Of a stretch of 64,000 nt of DNA, positions 46,553 to 62,337 are shown in pieces. This DNA comes from Escherichia coli (GTDB lineage: Bacteria > Pseudomonadota > Gammaproteobacteria > Enterobacterales > Enterobacteriaceae). Location: assembly GCF_013122565.1 (NCBI RefSeq), contig NZ_CP053258.1. One strand, written 5' to 3'. The position numbers and the translations under genes were made by a program. How positions within the stretch are numbered: the first letter of the stretch is position 1; every line of letters starts with the position of its first letter. The notes under the pieces were generated by a model, which searched no databases, was not told the origin of the DNA, and saw only the letters and a list, made by a program, of their open reading frames with translations.

Positions 46553-47713
46553 TTACCCCTTGTTTGCAGCCCGGAAGCCATTTTCCAGGTCGGCAATTAA
46601 ATCTTCGCCATCTTCAATACCGGTGGAGATACGCAGCAGCGTCTCGGAGATCCCGGCGGCAGCACGCGCTTCTGGTGCCATGCCTGCATGTGTCATGGTT
46701 GCGGCGTGAGAGATTAAACTTTCCACTCCCCCTAATGATTCCGCCAGCGTAAACAACGACAGCCCGCCCAGGAAACGACGCAGCGTCTGCTCATCGCCAT
46801 CCAGTTCAAAACTCAACATTGCGCCAAAGCCTTTTTGCTGACGCGCGGCAATTTCATGCCCCTGATTTTCCGGCAGCGACGGGTGATACAGTTTTTTCAC
46901 CAACGGCTGGGTTTGCAGATATTTCACAATCGCCTGCGCGTTACGCTGGGCCAGCTCCATACGCGGCACCAGCGTTCGCAACCCGCGTAGCAGCAGATAG
47001 CTGTCAAACGCGCCACCCGTCACGCCAATATTGTTTGCCCACCAGGCAAGTTCAGTGACAACGTCCGGGTCTTTAGCAATCACCACGCCGGCCACCACGT
47101 CTGAGTGACCGTTCAGATATTTCGTGCATGAATGCAACACCAGATCGGCACCTAATGCCAGCGGATTTTGTAATGCCGGGCTTAAGAAGGTGTTATCCAC
47201 CACGCTCACCGCCCCGACTTCCCTTGCCAGATGGCAGATTTTCGCAATATCCACGACGCGTAACAATGGATTACTTGGGCTTTCTACCAGTACCAGTTTG
47301 GGTTTTTCTGCCAGCGCTGCCCGTAATGCCTGTTCATCGCCTTGATCAACAAACAACACGCGATAGCAACCACGTTTCGCCAGGCTGTCGAACAGGCGAT
47401 AGCTACCGCCGTAGCAGTCGTGTGGCGCAACCAGCAGATCGCCAGGTTTCAAAAAGACGGTCGTTACCAGGTGAATCGCGGACATGCCGGTATTAGTAAG
47501 TACGGCACCAGCACCGCCTTCCAGTTCTGCCAGCGCACGCTGAACCACATCGCGCGTTGGGTTGCCGCGACGCGAGTAATCATGCACGCGCGGTTCATTA
47601 AATCCGGTAAAGTTATAGGTACTGGAAAGATGGATGGGTGGGACAACGCAACCATACTGTTCGTCGTCATTTAACCCGCTACGCACTGCGATGGTGGCCT
47701 GTTTACGCGTCAT
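46553..47713 (-). CDS. metB: Cystathionine gamma-synthase
   Basis: Canonical 386-aa protein starting MTRKQATIAVRSGLNDDEQYGCVVPPIHLSSTYNF; the ORF-track entry has a 59-aa extension. Confidence 0.95.
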   Translation of the reverse strand: MTRKQATIAVRSGLNDDEQYGCVVPPIHLSSTYNFTGFNEPRVHDYSRRGNPTRDVVQRALAELEGGAGAVLTNTGMSAIHLVTTVFLKPGDLLVAPHDCYGGSYRLFDSLAKRGCYRVLFVDQGDEQALRAALAEKPKLVLVESPSNPLLRVVDIAKICHLAREVGAVSVVDNTFLSPALQNPLALGADLVLHSCTKYLNGHSDVVAGVVIAKDPDVVTELAWWANNIGVTGGAFDSYLLLRGLRTLVPRMELAQRNAQAIVKYLQTQPLVKKLYHPSLPENQGHEIAARQQKGFGAMLSFELDGDEQTLRRFLGGLSLFTLAESLGGVESLISHAATMTHAGMAPEARAAAGISETLLRISTGIEDGEDLIADLENGFRAANKG

Positions 47714-47776
47714 GTGATGAAGTTCCCTGGGCTTGGTCGGTGAAATGTCAGGCACCAGAGTAAACATTGTGTTAAT

Positions 47777-47808
47777 GGACGTCAATACATCTGGACATCT
47801 AAACTTCT
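47777..47808. promoter_or_regulatory. MetJ boxes in the divergent metB / metJ promoter region
   Basis: ggacgtca-atacatct-ggacatct-aaacttct: tandem 8-bp met-box-like repeats between metB and metJ. Confidence 0.55.
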
Positions 47809-47989
47809 TTGCGTATAGATTGAGCAAATCCCAAATAGCCGTTAAAATTATATGCATTATCACGCCGACAGGTGCATTACACGATGTCACGGTAGCGCCT
47901 GTACGGTAAACTATGCGGGTTTACAGCCAGTGCCCACATTTACTGTGTGGTCTGGTCTCAATTTATTGACGAAGAGGATTAAGTATCTC

Positions 47990-48307
47990 ATGGCTGAATG
48001 GAGCGGCGAATATATCAGCCCATACGCTGAGCACGGCAAGAAGAGTGAACAAGTCAAAAAGATTACGGTTTCCATTCCTCTTAAGGTGTTAAAAATCCTC
48101 ACCGATGAACGCACGCGTCGTCAGGTGAACAACCTGCGTCACGCGACCAACAGCGAGCTGCTGTGCGAAGCGTTTCTGCATGCCTTTACCGGGCAACCTT
48201 TGCCGGATGATGCCGATCTGCGTAAAGAGCGCAGCGACGAAATCCCGGAAGCGGCAAAAGAGATCATGCGTGAGATGGGGATTAACCCGGAGACGTGGGA
48301 ATACTAA
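47990..48307 (+). CDS. metJ: Methionine repressor MetJ
   Basis: Canonical 105-aa protein [105 protein letters not shown]. Confidence 0.96.
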
Positions 48308-48324
48308 AGCGGAAAAGAGCGGCG

Positions 48325-48440
48325 CGGAGTGGAATCGCCTGATGCGCTACGCTTATCAGGCCTACGTCATATTGCAATTTATTGAATTTGCACGAACTTG
48401 TAGGCCGGATAAGGCGTTCACGCCGCATCCGGCATAAACA
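48325..48440. repeat. REP/BIME element downstream of metJ
   Basis: gcctgatgcgctacgcttatcaggcctacg ... gtaggccggataaggcgttcacgccgcatccggcat. Confidence 0.75.
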
Positions 48441-48490
48441 ACGAGCACGTTGTCTGCGACCCACCGCTTTTTATACATGGACGTTTAACG

Positions 48491-49099
48491 ATGAAATACA
48501 GGCTACTGATCCTCAGTCTGCTGGTTTCTGTGCCTGCATTTGCCTGGCAACCACAAACCGGCGACATCATCTTTCAGATCTCTCGCTCATCGCAAAGTAA
48601 AGCGATCCAACTGGCGACCCATTCCGATTACAGCCACACCGGTATGCTGGTGATACGCAACAAAAAGCCCTACGTTTTTGAAGCGGTCGGCCCGGTGAAA
48701 TACACCCCGCTCAAGCAGTGGATCGCCCATGGTGAAAAGGGCAAATACGTTGTTCGCCGCGTTGAAGGCGGACTGAGTGTTGAACAACAGCAAAAACTGG
48801 CGCAAACGGCAAAACGTTATCTCGGCAAACCGTACGATTTCAGCTTCTCATGGAGCGACGATCGCCAGTACTGTTCGGAAGTGGTGTGGAAGGTTTACCA
48901 GAATGCGCTGGGAATGCGCGTGGGCGAACAGCAAAAGTTGAAAGAGTTCGACCTTAGTAACCCGCTGGTTCAGGCAAAGCTCAAAGAACGCTACGGCAAA
49001 AATATTCCGCTTGAGGAAACGGTGGTCTCACCACAAGCCGTTTTCGATGCGCCACAACTCACCACGGTTGCCAAAGAGTGGCCGCTGTTTTCCTGGTGA
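48491..49099 (+). CDS. yiiX: YiiX, putative lipid-binding hydrolase (DUF830, permuted papain-like fold)
   Basis: 202-aa ORF with a signal peptide (MKYRLLILSLLVSVPAFAWQP) at the conserved position. Confidence 0.9.
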   Translation: MKYRLLILSLLVSVPAFAWQPQTGDIIFQISRSSQSKAIQLATHSDYSHTGMLVIRNKKPYVFEAVGPVKYTPLKQWIAHGEKGKYVVRRVEGGLSVEQQQKLAQTAKRYLGKPYDFSFSWSDDRQYCSEVVWKVYQNALGMRVGEQQKLKEFDLSNPLVQAKLKERYGKNIPLEETVVSPQAVFDAPQLTTVAKEWPLFSW

Positions 49100-49119
49100 T
49101 ACGACCAAAATTCAGGCAC

Positions 49120-49147
49120 AAAAAAAGCGCCGTGCGGCGCTTTTTTC
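49120..49147. terminator. Bidirectional terminator hairpin between yiiX and rpmE
   Basis: aaaaaaagcgccg-tgc-ggcgcttttttt: a GC stem flanked by A-run and T-run. Confidence 0.7.
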
Positions 49148-49159
49148 GGAAATCCGGTC

Positions 49160-49411
<252 letters not shown>

Positions 49412-49415
49412 CTAA

Positions 49416-51773
<2,358 letters not shown>

Positions 51774-51928
51774 ACCGCTCACGATGCGAGGCGGATCGAA
51801 AAATTCAATATTCATCACACTTTTCATGAAAATTCTGTAACCGTTTTCACGCGCTATCTGCTAAAAATGTTGCCGATGTGAAGTAAACATGGATGTAGTA
51901 CGCCTGACGTGCCAGGCGAGGAGTGAGT

Positions 51929-52954
51929 GTGAAAGCGAAGAAGCAGGAAACTGCCGCGACCATGAAAGACGTTGCCCTCAAGGCAAAAGTCTCTACAGCG
52001 ACTGTCTCCCGAGCATTAATGAATCCCGATAAAGTCTCCCAGGCCACCCGTAATCGGGTTGAAAAAGCGGCCCGGGAAGTGGGTTATTTACCGCAGCCTA
52101 TGGGGCGCAACGTCAAGCGTAATGAATCCCGCACCATTCTGGTGATTGTCCCGGATATCTGCGATCCCTTCTTTAGCGAAATTATTCGCGGTATCGAAGT
52201 TACGGCGGCAAATCACGGATATCTGGTGCTGATTGGCGACTGTGCGCATCAAAATCAGCAAGAAAAAACCTTTATCGATTTGATCATCACCAAGCAAATT
52301 GATGGCATGTTGCTGCTGGGTTCAAGGCTGCCGTTTGATGCCAGCATTGAGGAACAGCGTAATCTGCCGCCGATGGTGATGGCGAACGAATTTGCACCGG
52401 AACTGGAGCTGCCTACCGTTCATATCGACAATCTGACCGCCGCATTTGATGCAGTAAATTATTTATATGAGCAAGGGCATAAACGGATTGGCTGTATAGC
52501 CGGTCCCGAAGAGATGCCGCTTTGTCACTACCGCCTGCAAGGCTACGTTCAGGCGCTGCGTCGCTGCGGCATTATGGTTGATCCGCAATACATCGCCCGT
52601 GGCGACTTCACCTTCGAAGCCGGAAGCAGAGCAATGCAGCAGCTACTTGATCTTCCACAACCGCCTACTGCTGTCTTCTGCCATAGCGATGTGATGGCGC
52701 TCGGCGCACTTTCTCAGGCAAAACGTCAGGGGCTGAAAGTCCCGGAAGACCTTTCCATAATCGGTTTTGATAACATTGACCTGACGCAATTTTGTGATCC
52801 GCCGCTGACAACCATCGCGCAGCCACGTTACGAAATCGGTCGGGAAGCTATGCTGTTATTGCTTGATCAAATGCAGGGGCAACACGTTGGCAGTGGCTCT
52901 CGTTTAATGGACTGCGAACTTATCATCCGGGGATCAACACGCGCGTTACCTTAA
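51929..52954 (+). CDS. cytR: LacI-family nucleoside regulon repressor CytR
   Basis: 341-aa protein from the GTG start (MKAKKQETAATMKDVALKAKVSTATVSRALMNPDKVS...). Confidence 0.93.
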   Translation: MKAKKQETAATMKDVALKAKVSTATVSRALMNPDKVSQATRNRVEKAAREVGYLPQPMGRNVKRNESRTILVIVPDICDPFFSEIIRGIEVTAANHGYLVLIGDCAHQNQQEKTFIDLIITKQIDGMLLLGSRLPFDASIEEQRNLPPMVMANEFAPELELPTVHIDNLTAAFDAVNYLYEQGHKRIGCIAGPEEMPLCHYRLQGYVQALRRCGIMVDPQYIARGDFTFEAGSRAMQQLLDLPQPPTAVFCHSDVMALGALSQAKRQGLKVPEDLSIIGFDNIDLTQFCDPPLTTIAQPRYEIGREAMLLLLDQMQGQHVGSGSRLMDCELIIRGSTRALP

Positions 52955-53045
52955 AGTAAACCTTTAAGACTGCCGTGACTGGTCAAAGGCCCGCCGCTTA
53001 AGTAACATGGCGGGCTGACGAACGAATAAATACAGCGAAACGATA

Positions 53046-54005
53046 GTGGCACAACGAGATTATGTACGCCGCAGCCAACCGGCACCTTCGCGGCGAAAAA
53101 AGAGCACCTCACGGAAAAAGCAACGAAATCTGCCTGCGGTTTCTCCCGCTATGGTCGCTATTGCTGCCGCCGTTCTTGTGACCTTTATCGGTGGTCTGTA
53201 CTTCATTACGCATCACAAGAAAGAAGAGTCCGAGACGCTGCAAAGCCAGAAAGTGACCGGAAACGGACTACCACCAAAACCAGAAGAACGCTGGCGCTAC
53301 ATTAAAGAGCTGGAAAGCCGCCAGCCGGGTGTGCGTGCGCCCACAGAACCTTCTGCCGGTGGTGAAGTGAAAACGCCGGAGCAACTGACACCAGAACAAC
53401 GTCAGCTTCTTGAACAAATGCAGGCTGATATGCGCCAGCAGCCAACGCAGCTGGTTGAAGTTCCGTGGAATGAACAGACGCCGGAACAGCGTCAGCAAAC
53501 GCTACAGCGCCAGCGTCAGGCGCAGCAATTAGCGGAACAGCAACGTCTGGCTCAGCAGTCGCGTACGACTGAACAAAGCTGGCAGCAGCAGACGCGTACG
53601 TCGCAAGCCGCGCCGGTACAGGCGCAACCGCGCCAGTCTAAACCGGCTTCTACTCAGCAGCCTTACCAGGATCTGCTGCAAACCCCTGCGCACACCACCG
53701 CGCAGTCGAAGCCGCAGCAAGCTGCGCCAGTTGCTCGTGCCGCTGACGCGCCAAAACCGACGGCGGAGAAAAAAGACGAACGCCGCTGGATGGTGCAGTG
53801 CGGTTCGTTCAGAGGCGCGGAACAGGCTGAGACGGTACGTGCTCAGCTGGCGTTCGAAGGATTTGACTCGAAAATCACCACCAACAATGGCTGGAATCGT
53901 GTGGTCATTGGCCCGGTGAAAGGCAAAGAGAACGCAGACAGCACCCTCAATCGGTTGAAGATGGCGGGTCATACAAACTGCATTCGGCTCGCCGCCGGGG
54001 GTTGA
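53046..54005 (+). CDS. ftsN: Cell division protein FtsN
   Basis: 319-aa ORF MAQRDYVRRSQPAPSRRKKSTSRKKQRNLPAVSPAMVAIAAAVLV... with a Q/P-rich linker and a C-terminal SPOR domain. Confidence 0.95.
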   Translation: MAQRDYVRRSQPAPSRRKKSTSRKKQRNLPAVSPAMVAIAAAVLVTFIGGLYFITHHKKEESETLQSQKVTGNGLPPKPEERWRYIKELESRQPGVRAPTEPSAGGEVKTPEQLTPEQRQLLEQMQADMRQQPTQLVEVPWNEQTPEQRQQTLQRQRQAQQLAEQQRLAQQSRTTEQSWQQQTRTSQAAPVQAQPRQSKPASTQQPYQDLLQTPAHTTAQSKPQQAAPVARAADAPKPTAEKKDERRWMVQCGSFRGAEQAETVRAQLAFEGFDSKITTNNGWNRVVIGPVKGKENADSTLNRLKMAGHTNCIRLAAGG

Positions 54006-54032
54006 AACCCTCAAAATCCCCCCCATCTATAA
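54002..54032 (+). promoter_or_regulatory. Heat-shock sigma-32 promoter of hslVU
   Basis: ttgaaaccctcaaaatcccccccatctataa: -35 TTGAAA and a CCCCAT-type -10, as expected for the RpoH-dependent hslVU promoter; overlaps the ftsN stop. Confidence 0.6.
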
Positions 54033-54097
54033 TTGCATTATGCCCCGTACTTTTGTACGGGGTTTGTACTCTGTATTCGTAACCAAGGGGTCAGCTC

Positions 54098-54628
54098 GTG
54101 ACAACTATAGTAAGCGTACGCCGTAACGGCCATGTGGTCATCGCTGGTGATGGTCAGGCCACGTTGGGCAATACCGTAATGAAAGGCAACGTGAAAAAGG
54201 TCCGCCGTCTGTACAACGACAAAGTCATCGCGGGCTTTGCGGGCGGTACTGCGGATGCTTTTACGCTGTTCGAACTGTTTGAACGTAAACTGGAAATGCA
54301 TCAGGGCCATCTGGTCAAAGCCGCCGTTGAGCTGGCAAAAGACTGGCGTACCGATCGCATGCTGCGCAAACTTGAAGCACTGCTGGCAGTCGCGGATGAA
54401 ACCGCTTCGCTTATCATCACCGGTAACGGTGACGTGGTGCAGCCAGAAAACGATCTTATTGCTATCGGCTCCGGCGGCCCTTACGCCCAGGCTGCGGCGC
54501 GCGCACTGTTAGAAAATACTGAACTGAGTGCTCGTGAAATTGCTGAAAAGGCGTTGGATATTGCAGGCGATATTTGCATCTATACCAACCATTTCCACAC
54601 CATCGAAGAATTAAGCTACAAAGCGTAA
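54098..54628 (+). CDS. hslV: ATP-dependent protease subunit HslV
   Basis: 176-aa [53 protein letters not shown]... Confidence 0.97.
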
Positions 54629-54637
54629 GGATCTCCC

Positions 54638-55969
54638 ATGTCTGAAATGACCCCACGCGAAATCGTCAGCGAACTGGATAAGCACATCATCGGCCAGGAC
54701 AACGCCAAGCGTTCTGTGGCGATTGCTCTGCGTAACCGCTGGCGTCGCATGCAGCTCAACGAAGAGCTGCGCCATGAAGTGACCCCGAAAAATATCCTGA
54801 TGATCGGCCCGACCGGTGTCGGTAAAACTGAAATCGCCCGTCGTCTGGCTAAGCTGGCGAATGCGCCGTTCATCAAAGTTGAAGCGACCAAATTCACCGA
54901 GGTGGGCTATGTCGGTAAGGAAGTGGATTCTATTATTCGCGATCTGACCGATGCTGCCGTGAAAATGGTACGCGTCCAGGCTATCGAGAAAAACCGTTAT
55001 CGCGCTGAAGAACTGGCAGAAGAACGTATTCTCGACGTGCTGATCCCACCGGCTAAAAACAACTGGGGACAGACCGAACAGCAGCAGGAACCGTCCGCTG
55101 CTCGTCAGGCATTCCGCAAAAAACTGCGTGAAGGCCAGCTTGATGACAAAGAAATCGAGATCGATCTTGCCGCAGCACCGATGGGCGTTGAAATTATGGC
55201 TCCTCCGGGCATGGAAGAGATGACCAGCCAGCTGCAGTCCATGTTCCAGAACCTGGGCGGTCAGAAGCAAAAAGCGCGTAAGCTGAAAATCAAAGACGCC
55301 ATGAAGCTGCTGATTGAAGAAGAAGCGGCGAAACTGGTGAACCCGGAAGAGCTGAAGCAAGACGCTATCGACGCTGTTGAGCAGCACGGGATCGTGTTTA
55401 TCGACGAAATCGACAAAATCTGTAAGCGCGGCGAGTCTTCCGGTCCGGATGTTTCTCGTGAAGGTGTTCAGCGTGACCTGCTGCCGCTGGTAGAAGGTTG
55501 CACCGTTTCCACCAAACACGGGATGGTCAAAACTGACCACATTCTGTTTATCGCTTCTGGCGCGTTCCAGATTGCGAAACCGTCTGACCTGATCCCGGAA
55601 CTGCAAGGTCGTCTGCCAATCCGCGTTGAACTGCAGGCACTGACCACCAGCGACTTCGAGCGTATTCTGACCGAGCCGAATGCCTCTATCACCGTGCAGT
55701 ACAAAGCACTGATGGCGACTGAAGGCGTAAATATCGAGTTTACCGACTCCGGTATTAAACGCATCGCGGAAGCGGCATGGCAGGTGAACGAATCTACCGA
55801 AAACATCGGTGCTCGTCGTTTACACACTGTTCTGGAGCGTTTAATGGAAGAGATTTCCTACGACGCCAGCGATTTAAGCGGTCAAAATATCACTATTGAC
55901 GCAGATTATGTGAGCAAACATCTGGATGCGTTGGTGGCAGATGAAGATCTGAGCCGTTTTATCCTATAA
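54638..55969 (+). CDS. hslU: ATP-dependent protease ATPase subunit HslU
   Basis: 443-aa [43 protein letters not shown]... with Walker [16 protein letters not shown]. Confidence 0.97.
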
Positions 55970-56035
55970 TCGCGTTCAATCATTTTCATCATTGTTTGAT
56001 GGGGCTGAAAGGCCCCATTTTTATTGGCGCGTATT

Positions 56036-56962
56036 ATGACTGAACAACAAATTAGCCGAACTCAGGCGTGGCTGGAAAGTTTACGACCTAAAACCCTCCC
56101 CCTCGCCTTTGCTGCAATTATCGTCGGGACAGCGCTGGCATGGTGGCAAGGTCACTTCGATCCGCTGGTCGCCCTGCTGGCACTGATTACCGCCGGGCTA
56201 TTACAGATCCTTTCTAACCTCGCCAATGATTACGGCGATGCGGTAAAAGGCAGCGATAAACCTGACCGCATTGGGCCGCTACGCGGCATGCAAAAAGGGG
56301 TCATTACCCAGCAAGAGATGAAACGGGCGCTCATTATTACCGTCGTGCTCATCTGTCTATCCGGGCTGGCACTGGTTGCAGTGGCATGCCATACGCTGGC
56401 CGATTTTGTCGGTTTCCTGATTCTTGGCGGGTTGTCGATCATTGCCGCTATCACCTACACCGTGGGCAATCGTCCTTATGGTTATATCGGTCTGGGTGAT
56501 ATTTCCGTACTGGTTTTCTTTGGCTGGTTGAGTGTCATGGGGAGCTGGTATTTACAGGCTCATACATTGATTCCGGCACTGATCCTTCCGGCGACCGCAT
56601 GCGGCCTGCTGGCAACGGCAGTACTGAATATTAATAACCTGCGTGATATCAATAGCGACCGCGAAAACGGCAAAAACACGCTGGTGGTGCGCTTAGGTGA
56701 AGTGAACGCGCGTCGTTACCATGCCTGCCTGCTGATGGGCTCTCTGGTGTGTCTGGCGCTGTTTAATCTCTTTTCGCTGCATAGCCTGTGGGGCTGGCTG
56801 TTCCTGCTGGCGGCACCGTTGCTGGTGAAGCAAGCCCGTTATGTGATGCGGGAAATGGACCCGGTGGCGATGCGACCAATGCTGGAACGCACTGTCAAGG
56901 GGGCGTTACTGACTAACCTGCTGTTTGTTTTAGGGATATTCCTAAGCCAGTGGGCAGCATAA
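56036..56962 (+). CDS. menA: 1,4-dihydroxy-2-naphthoate octaprenyltransferase
   Basis: Canonical 308-aa membrane protein starting MTEQQISRTQAWLESLRPKTLPLAFAAIIVG; UbiA-family motif NDYGD present. Confidence 0.93.
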   Translation: MTEQQISRTQAWLESLRPKTLPLAFAAIIVGTALAWWQGHFDPLVALLALITAGLLQILSNLANDYGDAVKGSDKPDRIGPLRGMQKGVITQQEMKRALIITVVLICLSGLALVAVACHTLADFVGFLILGGLSIIAAITYTVGNRPYGYIGLGDISVLVFFGWLSVMGSWYLQAHTLIPALILPATACGLLATAVLNINNLRDINSDRENGKNTLVVRLGEVNARRYHACLLMGSLVCLALFNLFSLHSLWGWLFLLAAPLLVKQARYVMREMDPVAMRPMLERTVKGALLTNLLFVLGIFLSQWAA

Positions 56963-57054
56963 CTGACAAATATCAATTAACAATTGATGATTTTGCCAAC
57001 AGCCCACATAGCGCGATATACTGAAAATTCTCGCAGCAACTGAATGTTAAGCCT

Positions 57055-57540
57055 ATGAAATACGATACTTCCGAGCTTTGTGACATCTATCAAGAAGATG
57101 TTAACGTCGTGGAACCGCTGTTCTCCAACTTTGGCGGACGGGCGTCGTTTGGCGGACAAATAATCACGGTAAAATGTTTCGAGGACAACGGGTTGCTGTA
57201 CGATCTGCTCGAACAGAATGGCCGTGGTCGTGTTCTTGTCGTCGATGGCGGTGGTTCTGTTCGTCGCGCACTGGTCGATGCTGAACTGGCGAGTCTGGCA
57301 GTACAAAATGAATGGGAAGGTCTGGTCATTTACGGCGCGGTGCGTCAGGTAGATGACCTGGAAGAGCTGGATATCGGCATCCAGGCGATGGCGGCAATTC
57401 CGGTTGGTGCCGCTGGCGAAGGCATTGGCGAAAGCGATGTCCGCGTCAATTTTGGCGGTGTTACCTTCTTCTCCGGCGACCATCTTTATGCCGACAATAC
57501 CGGGATTATTCTTTCAGAAGATCCGCTGGATATTGAATAA
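57055..57540 (+). CDS. rraA: Ribonuclease E inhibitor RraA
   Basis: 161-aa [70 protein letters not shown]... Confidence 0.95.
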   Translation: MKYDTSELCDIYQEDVNVVEPLFSNFGGRASFGGQIITVKCFEDNGLLYDLLEQNGRGRVLVVDGGGSVRRALVDAELASLAVQNEWEGLVIYGAVRQVDDLEELDIGIQAMAAIPVGAAGEGIGESDVRVNFGGVTFFSGDHLYADNTGIILSEDPLDIE

Positions 57541-57556
57541 GTATCTGCCATGCGTT

Positions 57557-57583
57557 AAAAGGGGAATTAAATTCCCCTTTTTT
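57557..57583 (+). terminator. Intrinsic terminator after rraA
   Basis: aaaaggggaat-taa-attccccttttttat: perfect stem followed by a T-run. Confidence 0.65.
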
Positions 57584-57587
57584 ATAC

Positions 57588-58274
57588 ATGGACGTATTCA
57601 TGCAGAATATTATTCTTTTATTTATATATTTATCACTTATAGTCGTTAACCATTTCCGCTACAAATTTCTTTTATCTGGCAACGCGGGTGAAATGATTTT
57701 ATATTTTGCTAACGTATTTTTTAACCCACTTGCCGTATCATTTATTATCGCCACAATCATCTGTATAACGATAAAAAAAAGAAGCAGCCGTAGCTTTATT
57801 CGCGGCACTTGTTGGTTAATGGGATTATTTCTTATCTATAGCAGCTATACGGTGTGGGAACGACACAGCACATGGGATTATACTTTCCCGGGGCCAGGTA
57901 TCACCGTCACGGTTCCGAGCAAACAGTGGGTTACCAATATAGTAGAACAAGGCCCCACCCTGGTGACTCGGGATGCCCATGCTATTTTAGCTATTGTTGC
58001 CTTCTCACAAAATGAACTCGGTGTGCATTCAATCGAGGAGCTTACCGCGACTCAAAACGGAACTGCAGAAATGCATATTTGTGATGTTCAGGGATTTACC
58101 TGTGTTTATCAGGAAGAACTGCAAACAATGAGTGATGGTAAAACAAGACATGCTATTTTCATGACTCTACTGGATAACACTAATTTGATACAACTGGTCG
58201 CAGCCATCGACCAAGATTATTTGGACGAATATCAAGAAGAAGTAATGAAAATGATGCTTTCTGCCCGTCAATGA
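57588..58274 (+). CDS. Hypothetical membrane-anchored protein, paralog 1 (three predicted N-terminal TM segments plus a roughly 140-aa probably periplasmic domain); accessory
   Basis: AT-rich ORF of 224 to 228 aa; the start is either ATG 57588 (MDVFMQNI) or ATG 57600 (MQNIILLF). N-terminal hydrophobic segments with K/R-rich loops are followed by a soluble domain with a conserved Cys pair (C-x7-C, HICDVQGFTCVYQ). No recognisable family. Confidence 0.6.
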   Translation: MDVFMQNIILLFIYLSLIVVNHFRYKFLLSGNAGEMILYFANVFFNPLAVSFIIATIICITIKKRSSRSFIRGTCWLMGLFLIYSSYTVWERHSTWDYTFPGPGITVTVPSKQWVTNIVEQGPTLVTRDAHAILAIVAFSQNELGVHSIEELTATQNGTAEMHICDVQGFTCVYQEELQTMSDGKTRHAIFMTLLDNTNLIQLVAAIDQDYLDEYQEEVMKMMLSARQ

Positions 58275-58306
58275 TCTGATGTGCATATTAATAATAAGGG
58301 ATTGAT

Positions 58307-59023
58307 ATGAGATACGTTATCTTATTAATACTATGGTTAATAACTGCTTTTCTTAGTCATCTTCAGCACAGCAACCTACTATCTGGAGATCCTGGCATGG
58401 TTGGCGAGTATATCGGTTCAGTATTTCTGGGGCCGTTATTACTTCCCGTGCTTGTGTCAGGTATTCTGTGCGCATTCACTAAAAAAACGCGTAACTGCGC
58501 CAGTTTTACTCGCGGGTGCTGCTGGGTATTGGGAGTCCTGCTTTTATCCAACGTCGGCAATACGTTTCGTATGTTCACCCCGTGGCAATATACGTTTGAG
58601 AATGCCGCTATTTCCGTGACTGTCCCGAACCGACACTGGAATACGGTTTCCATTCGTACAGATAAAACCATTGATATAAGAAGTGAAGATAATAGCGTCT
58701 TTATTTCTGCTTTCCGCCTGCCCGCAGGACGTAGCGCCGATGACTCGCTGGAAGAGTTAAAGAAGATGCAGCGAGACAATCTCAAGGATCAATACAATGA
58801 AGAAACCTTCCAGTTTCATGATTGTCATGCCAAACATTTCACCTGTAAGTATCAGGATGTGTTGATAAATTTTGATGGTCAGCAGAAGAGAACCATCAGT
58901 GTTTATCTTGAAGACACCCCCAGAGCTGTGGGGATCATTGCATTAATGGAGCCAGATACGGTAGATAAATATCGCCAACAGGCGATGGAGATTATGTTGT
59001 CTGCTAAAAATGCAGTGAAGTAA
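58307..59023 (+). CDS. Hypothetical membrane-anchored protein, paralog 2; accessory
   Basis: 238-aa ORF MRYVILLILWLITAFLSHLQHSNLLSGDPGMVGEYIGSVF... Shares with paralog 1 the motifs LLSG-x-G, F-x-RG-x-CW, W-x-YTF, I(S/T)VTVP, FTC-x-YQ and M-x-MLSA (about 30% identity by eye). Confidence 0.6.
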   Translation: MRYVILLILWLITAFLSHLQHSNLLSGDPGMVGEYIGSVFLGPLLLPVLVSGILCAFTKKTRNCASFTRGCCWVLGVLLLSNVGNTFRMFTPWQYTFENAAISVTVPNRHWNTVSIRTDKTIDIRSEDNSVFISAFRLPAGRSADDSLEELKKMQRDNLKDQYNEETFQFHDCHAKHFTCKYQDVLINFDGQQKRTISVYLEDTPRAVGIIALMEPDTVDKYRQQAMEIMLSAKNAVK

Positions 59024-59060
59024 AAATAAGGCGCCTTGCGGCGCCTCTGCGTGGAAGAGA

Positions 59061-62108
<3,048 letters not shown>

Positions 62109-62109
62109 T

Positions 62110-62250
62110 GTCAGGCACCTGAATCGATTGCCTGATGCTGATCGCCTGATGCGACGCTTACGCGTCTTATCAGGCCTACGAGCCAATGCCATTTTGTGTA
62201 GGCGGGATAAGGCGTTCACGCCGCATCCGGCATCACGCAGACTCTGAAAC
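62110..62250. repeat. REP/BIME element cluster between glpK and glpX
   Basis: gcctgatgctgatcgcctgatgcgacgcttacgcgtcttatcaggcctacg ... gtaggcgggataaggcgttcacgccgcatccggcat. Confidence 0.75.
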
Positions 62251-62337
62251 CGTGCGGGGGCAACCCCGCACACATCAATAATCCCGCCCTTCCCCTGTGC
62301 TACACTTCGCGCCATTCCTTACTGCTTAGAGTTTGCT

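Noticed and set aside
53529-54026. 165-aa ORF on the minus strand antisense to ftsN
   Set aside because: Arg/Leu-rich artifact of the Gln/Pro-rich ftsN linker region; ftsN on the + strand is the real gene.
57588-59023. Calling the two rraA-zapB paralogs a toxin-antitoxin or phage-defence system
   Set aside because: Neither protein has a nuclease, ATPase, kinase or other effector-type motif that I can see, and both have the same membrane-anchored architecture; only 'unknown paired membrane proteins' is supportable.
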